Virus record (IMG/VR): IMGVR_UViG_3300032232_000840
Location: 3,717-67,716 of that record
DNA length: 64,000 bases
Direction: 5' to 3' (one strand)
Origin: a virus
Lineage: Duplodnaviria; Caudoviricetes
The translations under genes and the position numbers were made by a program. The notes below the pieces were generated by a model. It saw only the letters and a list, made by a program, of their open reading frames with translations. It ran no database searches and was not told where the DNA came from. Of the stretch, positions 1 through 9,154 are shown in pieces (the stretch's first letter is position 1; the number at the start of each line of letters is the position of its first letter).

Positions 1-1
1 G

Positions 2-487
2 GCGGAAGCAGATCGCCTGACCCGTCTCTACCGCAGCAAGAATCCGAAGATCACAGCTTTGTGGCGTGCGCTGGAGGATAACCTCCGCAAGACAGCTCGT
101 AACCCGAACGAGGAGGACGCCATCATGGCTATGCCTAGCGGAAGGGTGATGACCTACAGAAAGGTCTCCGTGGAGAACGGAGGACTCACCGCAGAGCTGC
201 CTCGCCAAGGGAAGCTCATGCGTCTCGGCCTGTGGGGTGGGGTCTGTGTGGAAAATCTAGTTCAAGCCGTAGCACGTGATGTCTTCATGCACCACTGCTT
301 CCAGATCGAGTCCGCAGGTATCCCGGTGATCATGCGAATCCATGACGAAGCCGTGTGCCTCGTCCGAGAGGAGGAAGCTGAGCAGAAGCTAGATCAGATC
401 GTTTCAATCATGTCCACCGTCCCCGAGTGGGCACCCGGCCTCCCGCTCGCAGCAGAGGGATCACTTTCCAAAGTCTACAAAAAATAA
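2..487 (+). CDS. Family A DNA polymerase, C-terminal part (5' truncated by the window edge)
   Basis: Frame is open from base 2 (AEADRLTRLYRSKNPKITALW). It contains ENLVQAVARD and motif C RIHDE. Confidence 0.9.
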   Translation, partial: AEADRLTRLYRSKNPKITALWRALEDNLRKTARNPNEEDAIMAMPSGRVMTYRKVSVENGGLTAELPRQGKLMRLGLWGGVCVENLVQAVARDVFMHHCFQIESAGIPVIMRIHDEAVCLVREEEAEQKLDQIVSIMSTVPEWAPGLPLAAEGSLSKVYKK

Positions 488-496
488 ATCTACAAA

Positions 497-2659
497 ATGA
501 AACTCTACTCAATTCCAAACATCGTTAGTCACGTCGCCACCATCGAAGATGACGTTGCCCTCAGCCAGATCGCAAACAAGCGTGCCCTCGGCATGACCAA
601 GGAGCAGTTCCGTACCCATTGCGCCCAATCCTCAACGCAAGGCAACTTCCTCTCCGTCTGGGAAGGAATCAATCCCTTGGCTCGCATCAACACCGGAAAC
701 CCTCCGCGTATGCTGCACGGCATCATTGCGGATTACGACTCGGTGCAAGCGATGAACAAGCTGTCAGCTCTGCCCACCAGCACAGGTCACTTACCGACGT
801 GGGTGGTGGAGACATTCACCCCAGGCAAGTGCCGACTCATCTGGGCGTTCGAGAAACCAGTCTGTGTTTCCAACCCATTCGTTACTGAAGGATTCCTCAA
901 GGAACTAGATGCAAAACTAAAAATCAGCGACGCTCTGCCCGGTTTTGACAAGTCGTCGTGGAAGGAGTCCCAGTACTTTGAGATCGGGTTCGGGATGCAC
1001 AACGTGCAGGGAGCTACGCCAGTTCCAAAAGCCCTTCTTGCTCAGTGCCTAATGGAGGGAGGACTCAAGGCCAGAGTACAGGTTGAGACTGATCCAGAGA
1101 TCCCAATGGATGTGGTTGCAGCAGAGGTGGAGCGTCAATTCCCCGGTCGCTGGGTGGGTGCCTTCGAGGAGGGCCGCAGGGGTCCTCTGTTCTGGATTCC
1201 AGACGGCATCGCCCGAGACGGATGTGCGGTCGCAGAGAACGGAATGATCTGCTACTCAGACCGAGCCGCATCGAACTTCATGCCTTGGCGTGCGGTGCTG
1301 GGTGGTCAGTTTGTGGACGCCTTCGAGACCCAGAAGGTGGGCAAAGCAGCCGAGATGTACTGGACAGATGGCAAAGCCTACTGGACCCGATACGCCACCG
1401 AGAAGTGGAGGGACCACCAGACCGAAGCAGCCAAGAGGCACCTGAAGGTCTCCGGTAAGTGCTCTGACAAGATCCGTAAGGGGCAGCAGGGTTCCGAGAT
1501 CGATAAGATCCTCGTCTATATCGACAACAACCGGAGGGTGGACGCAGCGGTGCCGATGCTCTTCGAGAAGGAGGAAATCATCCCCTACAATGGTAAGGAG
1601 TATCTCAATACCAACACCAAGAAGGCGATGGCTCCGGCGGAGGATGGTGATCCGAAGCACTGGCCTTGGATTCACAACTTCATCTTCAACGGACTCGACG
1701 GAGAGCAGGAGGGGATTCCCGCCTACGAGTTCTTCCTAGGCTGGTTCAGAAGGCTCTGGTTAACAGCGTACCTGGGTAACCCTCAACAGGGGCAGTCGAT
1801 CATCTTGGCCGGGGAGGCTCACACCGGAAAGAGCTTCGTCTCTAAGTGCTTGGTGGGAGTAGCGATGGGAGGATCTGCCATCACTGAGGATCTCCTCTTG
1901 CAGAAGACCAAGTTCAACTCTCAGGCGGCTGAGTGCGCTATCTGGCGTTGCGACGACGCGATCTCTGAAGGCGACTACAAGACCAAGCAGACTCTGGCGG
2001 CATCCCTCAAGGCGATGGCTTCCAACCCTGAGGTCTTATACCACCCAAAATACATGACTCCGACGCAGCTCCCTTTCAAGGGGAGGGTCATCCTCACCTG
2101 TAACGTCGATCCGGAGTCCCTGAAGATCCTCCCGTTCTTGGACGGCACGATCAAGGACAAGCTCATGCTCTTTAGGATCTCCCCGACCTATAACCCCCAC
2201 TTCTTCTCCACCAACACAGAGAACGAGAACAGGGTACTTCAAGAGCTACCTCACTTCCTGCGCTGGCTCATGGACTACAAGGTTCACCCTGGAGTAATCG
2301 ATCCAAACTACCCCCGCTTCGAGATCAAGAGCTTCCACCACAAGCAGCTCGTCGATGAGGCCAACAGCGAACAGAGGGAGTCCATCCTTGCGGAGGTCAT
2401 CGCCACGGCAATGGTCACCCAGAGGACGGTGGTCAAGAAGGGAGAGAAGCTGAGGCTTACAGCCACAGAGCTCGTATCCCTATTCGAGGCAGTCGGGGCA
2501 AGCAAGACCATCCAAGCACTGGGAGGGGTCGTCTACTTAGGGAAGATGCTCAACAAGGTGGTCGAGCAGAAGCTCTCAGTTCATCTAACCAAGCCCGCCA
2601 CCAAGACTCACGGAAGAACGATGTACACCTTCGACCCCTGGGCCGAGGAAACGGAATAA
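497..2659 (+). CDS. Primase-helicase (AEP-like N-terminus plus SF3/D5-like helicase)
   Basis: HGIIADYD acidic motif, Walker A GEAHTGKS, Walker B WRCDD; directly follows the polymerase. Confidence 0.85.
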   Translation: MKLYSIPNIVSHVATIEDDVALSQIANKRALGMTKEQFRTHCAQSSTQGNFLSVWEGINPLARINTGNPPRMLHGIIADYDSVQAMNKLSALPTSTGHLPTWVVETFTPGKCRLIWAFEKPVCVSNPFVTEGFLKELDAKLKISDALPGFDKSSWKESQYFEIGFGMHNVQGATPVPKALLAQCLMEGGLKARVQVETDPEIPMDVVAAEVERQFPGRWVGAFEEGRRGPLFWIPDGIARDGCAVAENGMICYSDRAASNFMPWRAVLGGQFVDAFETQKVGKAAEMYWTDGKAYWTRYATEKWRDHQTEAAKRHLKVSGKCSDKIRKGQQGSEIDKILVYIDNNRRVDAAVPMLFEKEEIIPYNGKEYLNTNTKKAMAPAEDGDPKHWPWIHNFIFNGLDGEQEGIPAYEFFLGWFRRLWLTAYLGNPQQGQSIILAGEAHTGKSFVSKCLVGVAMGGSAITEDLLLQKTKFNSQAAECAIWRCDDAISEGDYKTKQTLAASLKAMASNPEVLYHPKYMTPTQLPFKGRVILTCNVDPESLKILPFLDGTIKDKLMLFRISPTYNPHFFSTNTENENRVLQELPHFLRWLMDYKVHPGVIDPNYPRFEIKSFHHKQLVDEANSEQRESILAEVIATAMVTQRTVVKKGEKLRLTATELVSLFEAVGASKTIQALGGVVYLGKMLNKVVEQKLSVHLTKPATKTHGRTMYTFDPWAEETE

Positions 2660-2664
2660 CACTT

Positions 2665-2728
2665 TCAGACCCGTCCGGAGAAAAACAAACAAACGTGTTT
2701 GTGGATCTGACGAACCGGGCGGGTCTGA
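2665..2728 (+). terminator. 14-bp stem hairpin after the primase gene (terminator or processing site)
   Basis: TCAGACCCGTCCGG (2665-2678) pairs with CCGGGCGGGTCTGA (2715-2728) with one G-U; 36-nt loop. Confidence 0.5.
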
Positions 2729-2739
2729 CACTTTAACCT

Positions 2740-3006
2740 ATGAACATTCTACCCACGGACACCGCAAACGGACGGAACGTCGTCAGAGAACTTATCCTCC
2801 TACGGAGCCCTAACCTGGAGTACCGCACTCACGAACGGGATAGCAACTACCAATGGAAGAAGATCCCCTACGGCATGGGCCAGACGATAATTGACTGGTC
2901 CTTCTGGGAGTTCCGACTCCTAGGGGACGAGCCAGAACCCGCAACCCCTTTAACCTCAGTAAACCCCAAACACATATTAAACCATGAGAATCAGAGAACT
3001 AATTGA
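2740..3006 (+). CDS. Hypothetical protein
   Basis: 88-aa ORF with an A/C-rich leader, co-oriented with the replication genes. Confidence 0.6.
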   Translation: MNILPTDTANGRNVVRELILLRSPNLEYRTHERDSNYQWKKIPYGMGQTIIDWSFWEFRLLGDEPEPATPLTSVNPKHILNHENQRTN

Positions 3007-3169
3007 TCACCATTGTCAGATGTCAGCAGAGACAAAACTAGCCGCCTGCGGCCATGCAATCGTCGGAGCATTCGAGGCGCGGGTCACCAATCGCTTCCAC
3101 CAGGATGCGGTTGATCTGCTCAAGAAGATCGAAAGCAAGACCCCCGAAGAGCCGACCAAGGAGGGGTAG
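2984..3169 (+). CDS. Hypothetical protein
   Basis: 61-aa ORF overlapping the previous stop region. Confidence 0.55.
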   Translation: MRIRELIDHHCQMSAETKLAACGHAIVGAFEARVTNRFHQDAVDLLKKIESKTPEEPTKEG

Positions 3170-4426
3170 GGGAGGGGGCGCGGATGGTTTGAACCATTTG
3201 AAATGCAGGATTTGGAAGTTAAATAAAAGAGTAGTGATTAGAGGTGTTAAGAGGCAATTAGGGGACTTAACCATGTTAAATAGGGTTTTACCCCCACCCA
3301 CCCCCACCCGACTTTTTTATAGATAAGTCGCTACAGAACAGAGAGATAGGCCAGAAAAAAGGCGTTTGGGTAGGGGGGGGAGGGGCACTTTCAAAAACTC
3401 TCCGGAGAGAGGGGGTGCGAAAACACCTCTCCCTATATATATATATCTCTAAAATTAATTTAAGATATTTACCCCTACCACCCCCACCCCAAGTCCTCCC
3501 ACCCCCACTGGTACTGGCGCAAACGGGGTAGGGGTAAGCAAAAACCACCCCCACCCCTACCCCCACCCACCCCCACCCCAGGTGCCCTGTTACTCTGTAG
3601 AGCTGGTATTTTGACCTGTTGCCCTGTTGCTTGGGTACCAAGAGCCTTGGTAGAGTGTTTGCAGGATTGCAGGGTAACGGGGTAACGGGGTAACAGGGTC
3701 GCCAAGTACTAATTATAAACGTATTAGTACTTGAGTGTAAATAAGGTCGGACGGGGTTCAGGTCGCTGCTCACTGGGATAACCCCAGTGAGCCCCTCAAT
3801 GCCCCGCCCGATTTGAGCTGGAACTTGTGAGTGATTCTTACAGGTTCCGCAGACCAGACTCTACACAAATGTTCACAAATGGCAAGGTTTTGTAAACCCG
3901 AACGGGTACGATCTTTGAGTTATACCTCAATTTTATACCCTTTCGGTCATATCTTTGAGTTATAAGTCATATTGAATCCGAACAACTACTCCTTGGTGGT
4001 AAACATGATATACCACTCGTGAATGGTAAACCACGCCTATTTATCGTTCAGGCTGGGTTTAGATTTGTATGTATAAACTCCCCTCATAGGTGATTATCCC
4101 AGTATTTTTTAATCAAGCTACGATTCATTTCCAGCAACTGAGGTAAATGGTGTCAGAGATCGGCAACAACCCTAGAATGTCAACTATAGCTTACATAATC
4201 GGCAATTATGTCGCGTAAAGCAAACAATAGCTTCTGTTACAGATCGGCAAAAGGATCGGCAATTTGAGCCTATAGTCTAATCTTGACCCCTAGTTTTTAG
4301 ACCCTGAGCTAAAACTCGACCGAGACCCTGGCTATATTGCCTCGATTCTTGCCGCCTAGGAGCCCCGCCAGCGAGTTTTTAGGGTTCGGGAGCTCCTTAT
4401 TCTGCTTCCTGGCCGCCAAAACGCTT
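3170..4426. other. Non-coding, repeat-rich region (candidate replication origin or packaging region)
   Basis: No credible ORF. Contains C/G tracts, a (TA)n run, GGGTAAC x3, a 10-bp hairpin at 3768-3792, ATCTTTGAGTTATA x2 (3911, 3951) and ATCGGCAA x4 (4159, 4198, 4243, 4255). Confidence 0.55.
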
Positions 4427-5212
4427 TTAAGCGGCTTTTAGGAGCTCAAGTGCCGCCATTGGCCTGCCCAGTAGCCAGAGTTCCACGTCAGGCGTGATCA
4501 GGTCACGTTTTAGTTCGTTGATCCTGCCCGGTATAACTCGGAGGTTTGCGGGGTGATGGAGACCTCCTAGAGCTAGGGGCAAGACATGATCGACGTGGAA
4601 TCGAATTCCTGAGCACTTGGTTACCCTGGACGCTAGACTGTAGATGCTCGTAGTGATCTCCTTGAGTTCTTTAGGTAGAGCCACTCTTGTCTTGCTCCGG
4701 CGAGCTGCTTTCTCAGCTCTTCGCTTATCTGGATTCCTAAGCCTTTCTCTCCTGCGCTTATCCCTTTTTCTCTGTTTCTTAGTCTTATCCCGCTCTTCGG
4801 CCAGCTTCAGGTAGTTCAATTTTCGCACCTCCTTTTCCCTTTCTCGATCCCTGCGAGTTTTTTCTAACCGCGCTTCCTTACGCTCTTTACGCTCAGATCT
4901 CTCTTTTGCTTTCTTGGCCTCTCGCCCCATTCGGGCTTCCTCTATGCCGCGCCAGTACTTTTCAGATTTAATGCGTCCCTTCTCTTTAGCTTTGGCTTTG
5001 TACGCCTCTAGTTTCTCGGGGTTCCTTTCTCTCCATTTTTTCTGATCCGCACTGGCCTTTTCCCGGTTGGCTTCGCGGTACTTCTTCAGTAATTCTCTGT
5101 ACCTTTCTTTATTTTCGGCCTGCCATTTCCTTGATTTGGCGATCTTGTCCTCTCTGTTCGATAGGTAGCGCAACCTGGCGGCCTCCTTTTTTGCGGCTTC
5201 GTCTTTAGGCAT
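4427..5212 (-). CDS. HNH endonuclease with a long basic helical N-terminus
   Basis: C-terminal HVDHVLPL..GGLHHPANLRVIPGRINELK. Confidence 0.85.
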   Translation of the reverse strand: MPKDEAAKKEAARLRYLSNREDKIAKSRKWQAENKERYRELLKKYREANREKASADQKKWRERNPEKLEAYKAKAKEKGRIKSEKYWRGIEEARMGREAKKAKERSERKERKEARLEKTRRDREREKEVRKLNYLKLAEERDKTKKQRKRDKRRRERLRNPDKRRAEKAARRSKTRVALPKELKEITTSIYSLASRVTKCSGIRFHVDHVLPLALGGLHHPANLRVIPGRINELKRDLITPDVELWLLGRPMAALELLKAA

Positions 5213-5334
5213 AGGTGTCCTATACCGCAGGCATACCGCGATGTATACCTAAAAAATTTTACCAAAAAATTCCACAGAGGGGGATATATACGTTTGACGA
5301 TTGGTTCGGCCTCCCCCACCCCACACCCCCCGGC

Positions 5335-5820
5335 GGGTAGGCGCGGAGAAGATGAACTCCGGCCTGCTCACTTATTCGGCTAACTTGTCAGCTGCGAGTC
5401 CTCCAATGGAGGCCAGCGGATCGGGATGGAAGCCCCGACTGTCTAGGTGGCCAATGGCTACTGAAGCTCCCTAATGGGGGAACGAGGCTTGTCGTCTCTA
5501 ATCGACACATGGGGTGTTCCTACGCTCTCCAATAAACCTAGTGCGGCCGCAAGGCTTAACTACCTAGGTGAGGGGCAGTTAAGGGGAAAACACGAGACGG
5601 AGCCCATGTAAAAGGAAACGGATAATGTCTTTTCCATGCTCGGGAGTGGGTAGCACCACCTTGAGTAGATACAGTCAGTCTCTGACGGAACCTTCCGATA
5701 ATGGCACCAGGATGCGTGTGCTTAAGGGGGAAATCCGTGAACGCCGCCAAATGCGGGCGGCGATCAGAGGGGACACTTTAACCTTACCCCTCTGATGTAT
5801 CGCCCGCAACATTATGCGGA
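5335..5820 (+). ncRNA. Candidate large structured RNA or structured leader
   Basis: At least 12 consecutive hairpins with many G-U pairs on the + strand, recurring AAU/UAAU loops and a GCAA tetraloop; no convincing ORF. Confidence 0.5.
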
Positions 5821-5842
5821 CACAACACAAGGAAAGAAAGTT

Positions 5843-6154
5843 ATGTCCAACACCACTAAGAAAGAGAAAGTCGCCGTTGCTCCCTCCGTTATTGCGGAGC
5901 AGATTGTCACCGCTGGCAAAGCCCTCGGTTATGTCACTAAGGAGTTCGGCAAGGGATCGTTCGTGATCTCTGTCAAGGACTCCTATGTCCAGTTCTTGTC
6001 CAAGCTCCCCAAGGACAAGGATTGCTCTGCTGAAGCTCGCCTCTTCCGAGGCTTGGTCAAGGGAGTCGAGGGACTCGTGAACGGCGATTCCAAGCAGACT
6101 TGGGTCATCCACCGCAATGGCTCCTTCGGCCACTACGGCAAGTTCGCCTCCTAA
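5843..6154 (+). CDS. Hypothetical early protein
   Basis: ATG preceded by GGAAAGAAAG; strongly C-ending codons; followed by a terminator. Confidence 0.75.
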   Translation: MSNTTKKEKVAVAPSVIAEQIVTAGKALGYVTKEFGKGSFVISVKDSYVQFLSKLPKDKDCSAEARLFRGLVKGVEGLVNGDSKQTWVIHRNGSFGHYGKFAS

Positions 6155-6181
6155 TCTCTGACAAGTAGGAGCATTGACCCT

Positions 6182-6209
6182 CAGCCTCACCCTGCAAAGG
6201 GTGGGGTTG
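6182..6209 (+). terminator. Hairpin terminator between convergent genes
   Basis: 12-bp stem CAGCCTCACCCT/AGGGTGGGGTTG with a GCAA loop. Confidence 0.65.
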
Positions 6210-6212
6210 CAG

Positions 6213-6839
6213 TCAGTTTTCCTCGGTTACAGATCCCAAACCCGTCAAATTACTCTGTGAGGGTTCAGGATCGGACACTTCTAGTACACTTTCGGCAATA
6301 AACTCGCCTTCAATGACTACATCTTGACCTTGTGCCATGAGTCTCTCATTCACAAGTTGAAGGCTCACGATCGTGTTGACCTTGCCCTCGTTGTCATCAA
6401 TGCCGAGCAACCTCCGCATCATCTTGTCGGCAATGTCCATGTCCTTCCAATTCCTAGGTGGAGCAACAATGCTCTGATCCAACAACATTGCCATCTTCTG
6501 AATCCCTTTGTTTCGGTAATCCTTAGTCGCTTGGTCAATATCGACCACTGAAGCTGCCGATGTAGGTTTTTGAGCAGCATCTGCGGCCATTATCTGCTCT
6601 GTGAGAGATTTATTAACCGCAGCCATGCGACCCTGTGACTCTGTTACTCTGTTACCCTGCTCCTCGATCGCCTGTTTCAGTGCATCCGATCTCCTCTTCG
6701 GTGTATCCCATTTGCCTCTCAGGCTACGTGCTTTAATTGTAGCCAGCTTGATGTCGAACAGAGAAGCCACCTTCCTCATCGGCATCCCTGCTTCCACTGA
6801 CTCTTTAATCTTGTCCCACGGGACATTTAGTTGATTCAT
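6213..6839 (-). CDS. terS: Probable terminase small subunit (N-terminal HTH)
   Basis: From Met at 6839: WDKIKESVEAGMPMRKVASLFDIKLATIKARSLRGKW resembles phage TerS N-terminal HTHs, followed by a helical region. Confidence 0.55.
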   Translation of the reverse strand: MNQLNVPWDKIKESVEAGMPMRKVASLFDIKLATIKARSLRGKWDTPKRRSDALKQAIEEQGNRVTESQGRMAAVNKSLTEQIMAADAAQKPTSAASVVDIDQATKDYRNKGIQKMAMLLDQSIVAPPRNWKDMDIADKMMRRLLGIDDNEGKVNTIVSLQLVNERLMAQGQDVVIEGEFIAESVLEVSDPEPSQSNLTGLGSVTEEN

Positions 6840-6897
6840 TCGGTATCCTTTAACATCAACTCTTCGGTATAAGCAACCACTAAATAACAATCCTATC

Positions 6898-6987
6898 ATG
6901 CACACGAGAACCATACTTACTACCTTTTTGGGAGCTATTATCTTCATCGCCTACTTCGCCCTCTTTGCGGCGTACCTCTTCGCTTAA
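6898..6987 (+). CDS. 29-aa single-TM peptide (not in the ORF track)
   Basis: MHTRTILTTFLGAIIFIAYFALFAAYLFA. It has the CCTATCATG leader used by other genes here and a motif copy at 6866-6880 upstream. Confidence 0.5.
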   Translation: MHTRTILTTFLGAIIFIAYFALFAAYLFA

Positions 6988-7007
6988 CCCCAACCAACCC
7001 AACAACT

Positions 7008-7196
7008 ATGTCCCGATTCATCCGCCGCCGATCCTCCACTGCCCGACTGGCTAAGCAGGAGCAAGACGATCGTTTCTTTGGTCGATCCACCAACCCCAAC
7101 TCCGATGGGTTGTATCGGTACGACATCAACGACCGACACATCCGTCAGAACGACAAGGGTAGAGCTGGCTACTACTGCCAGCAGATGGGTCGGTAA
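7008..7196 (+). CDS. Hypothetical small basic protein
   Basis: ORF with an A/C-rich leader in the early cluster. Confidence 0.55.
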   Translation: MSRFIRRRSSTARLAKQEQDDRFFGRSTNPNSDGLYRYDINDRHIRQNDKGRAGYYCQQMGR

Positions 7197-7278
7197 TGCT
7201 CTTACACCACATCGGATAAACGCGGCACCCGATGTGTCTTGCAGCAGCCGCACAACCAACACAAAAGGAAAGAAAGCC

Positions 7279-7452
7279 ATGACCATTGACCATGCCATCG
7301 CCCACGGCGTTTATGCCGAGCCTAGCAACGACATCACCCTGCCCTTCGCCTTCGTGCGCCGTGGTGAGGAGATCGAATACATCGCCCCCGTGGAGACCGA
7401 CATTCCCTCGGAGGACGACTACACCGCCAACTTCATCATCAATCGGCTGTAA
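7279..7452 (+). CDS. Hypothetical small acidic protein
   Basis: ATG preceded by GGAAAGAAAG, the same leader as 5843. Confidence 0.7.
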   Translation: MTIDHAIAHGVYAEPSNDITLPFAFVRRGEEIEYIAPVETDIPSEDDYTANFIINRL

Positions 7453-7469
7453 GCCCAAACTCTGTAATC

Positions 7470-7679
7470 ATGAACCACTTCACTCAATCCCATCGCTCCA
7501 TGCACTCCATCGCCGCGTACTACCGACGCCATGCGAACCGCATCGAAGCACCGGATGCCTTGATCACCTCGTATAGTCAGCCCGGAATGGTGGACATGGA
7601 CTTCGCCTTCGTTGCGGCGACTCCTGCAAAATCTCCCTATCAAAAGTACACGGCAAACAAGTCTTGCACTTCTCGGTAG
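7470..7679 (+). CDS. Hypothetical protein
   Basis: ORF in the tightly packed early cluster. Confidence 0.5.
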   Translation: MNHFTQSHRSMHSIAAYYRRHANRIEAPDALITSYSQPGMVDMDFAFVAATPAKSPYQKYTANKSCTSR

Positions 7680-7718
7680 GCGGTATAAGAAACCACATAC
7701 CTAAAACAAGTTTACCTT

Positions 7719-7910
7719 ATGAAAGAATCATACGGATCAAAGCGGGACTACCCGAAGATCGACATCTACCTGCGCCACCTCAACGGCCAGCGCGAGTACC
7801 ACATGAGCACGACCTGGAGCCGCACCTGCAAGGAGGCTAAGGCCAGGTTCCTCTTGGAGCATAACTACTTGGATGCAGGTCAAGTGACCTGCTCCTTCTC
7901 CATCAACTAA
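7719..7910 (+). CDS. Hypothetical protein
   Basis: 63-aa ORF; motif copy at 7682 upstream. Confidence 0.65.
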   Translation: MKESYGSKRDYPKIDIYLRHLNGQREYHMSTTWSRTCKEAKARFLLEHNYLDAGQVTCSFSIN

Positions 7911-7923
7911 CCGACTAATCCCT

Positions 7924-8115
7924 ATGAGCCGAACCATCCGAACCACCCACACCCACTGGCTTCGCCATCCCAAGCACCTGGGCTCCCGCCGTGCTTCTGC
8001 CTCCATCCCCGAGGATGAGGAGGACGCTGGCATGAGCCTTGGCAAGATCCACCAGCCACCCGACGCATGGGAAGACAAGCCTGTTGCTTCCCGACGCGAG
8101 ATCATCCGCCGTTAA
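7924..8115 (+). CDS. Hypothetical basic protein
   Basis: 63-aa ORF with a CCCTATG leader. Confidence 0.55.
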   Translation: MSRTIRTTHTHWLRHPKHLGSRRASASIPEDEEDAGMSLGKIHQPPDAWEDKPVASRREIIRR

Positions 8116-8132
8116 TAAAAACACCTATCATA

Positions 8133-8774
8133 ATGCGTAAAAAGAAACTCAAACCTCCTGTAGTAACCCTTGTCTGCTCACTCTGCGGAGAGTTGTGCGA
8201 AGACAACTTCGGACTCCCTGCCGCTCCTTTGTCTAGTGGTCGGAGCTGCTTGAGGTGTGGCCCTAAGGTTCGCCAAGCTATATATAAAGCCGACCTAAAG
8301 CGGGTACTTTCCATAAGTTTAGGTAAGTCTAAGCCAAATCCTAAGACACTGGTTGAACCCATCACTACGGATATCAGCTACCCCGACGAACCTGCTGCGC
8401 CAGCACTCAAGACCTACCTAGTCGAAGTGCTCCGCACTGGCTACTCCTGTCGGACGCTTGAGATCCAAGCTGAGAACGAGGAGCAAGCCGCCTCATTAGC
8501 TGAAGACGAGGCGGGTAACTACGAGTACTCCGAGCATACCTCCGAGTATGAGATCGAATCGGTAAGAGAGAAAGCCGATGAACGAATGATCAAAGAGTAT
8601 GGAGAGCGTTGCCCTACCTACACAGCTCACTGCATATCCTGTGAAGCCTGGAGGTACTACGACAAGTTCGGTAAGTGCCCAACTGCTGAGCAGATCGACA
8701 TATGGATTGCTGCCATGTCGCCCTGTGACCCTGATGTCGAGGAGATTCCTTGGAGTCACCTGACAACAAAGTAA
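8133..8774 (+). CDS. Hypothetical modular protein (Zn-ribbon, DpnD/PcfM-like acidic segment, CxxC)
   Basis: CSLCGELC..CLRC; YLVEVLRTGYSCRTLEIQAENEEQA; CISCEAW. Confidence 0.6.
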   Translation: MRKKKLKPPVVTLVCSLCGELCEDNFGLPAAPLSSGRSCLRCGPKVRQAIYKADLKRVLSISLGKSKPNPKTLVEPITTDISYPDEPAAPALKTYLVEVLRTGYSCRTLEIQAENEEQAASLAEDEAGNYEYSEHTSEYEIESVREKADERMIKEYGERCPTYTAHCISCEAWRYYDKFGKCPTAEQIDIWIAAMSPCDPDVEEIPWSHLTTK

Positions 8775-8842
8775 TCTTAAAATAAAAACTAGTTGCGTGG
8801 TATCATCAACCACGATACCAAAAGACATCCTACAAACAAATT

Positions 8843-9154
8843 ATGACGACAACACAACACACACCCGGCCCTTGGAACTACGACGAGTACAACGGATCAC
8901 TCTGGATCACTGACGACTCCGGCATAGGAACCATCGCCCAGCTAATCCCCGAGCCGAACAAGGGTATCTGGGACGAAGATAAAGCCAACGCACGACTCAT
9001 CGCCGCCGCCCCCGAGTTGCTCGCCGCTTTGCAGTCCCTCATCCAGTACCTCCCTGAAGAGGATATTTACTATGAGGATGCGTCTGCATATCGGCAGATC
9101 AGCGCGGCAGTCGAGCGTGCCGAGGGAGTAATCGCCAAAGCCACCGCACCATGA
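8843..9154 (+). CDS. Conserved phage hypothetical protein (HTPGPW...ANARLIAAAPELL family)
   Basis: Diagnostic HTPGPW and ANARLIAAAPELL motifs. Confidence 0.8.
   Translation: MTTTQHTPGPWNYDEYNGSLWITDDSGIGTIAQLIPEPNKGIWDEDKANARLIAAAPELLAALQSLIQYLPEEDIYYEDASAYRQISAAVERAEGVIAKATAP

Noticed and set aside
2700-2730. Hammerhead-like CTGACGA
   Set aside because: No downstream GAAA core or compatible stems; it lies inside a simple hairpin.
3038-3773. Gly/Val-rich ORFs in the G/C-tract region
   Set aside because: Low-complexity products of homopolymer tracts with no coding bias.
4427-5820. IscB/HEARO-type RNA-guided system (HNH next to a structured RNA)
   Set aside because: The HNH lacks RuvC and PLMP features, is only 261 aa and is transcribed divergently from the RNA; the adjacency may be coincidental.
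6840-6947. Lipoprotein-like N-terminal extension (LFSGC) on the TerS-like ORF
   Set aside because: It overlaps antisense a 29-aa TM ORF that has this phage's typical leader, and the HTH starts naturally at Met 6839. Not fully excluded.
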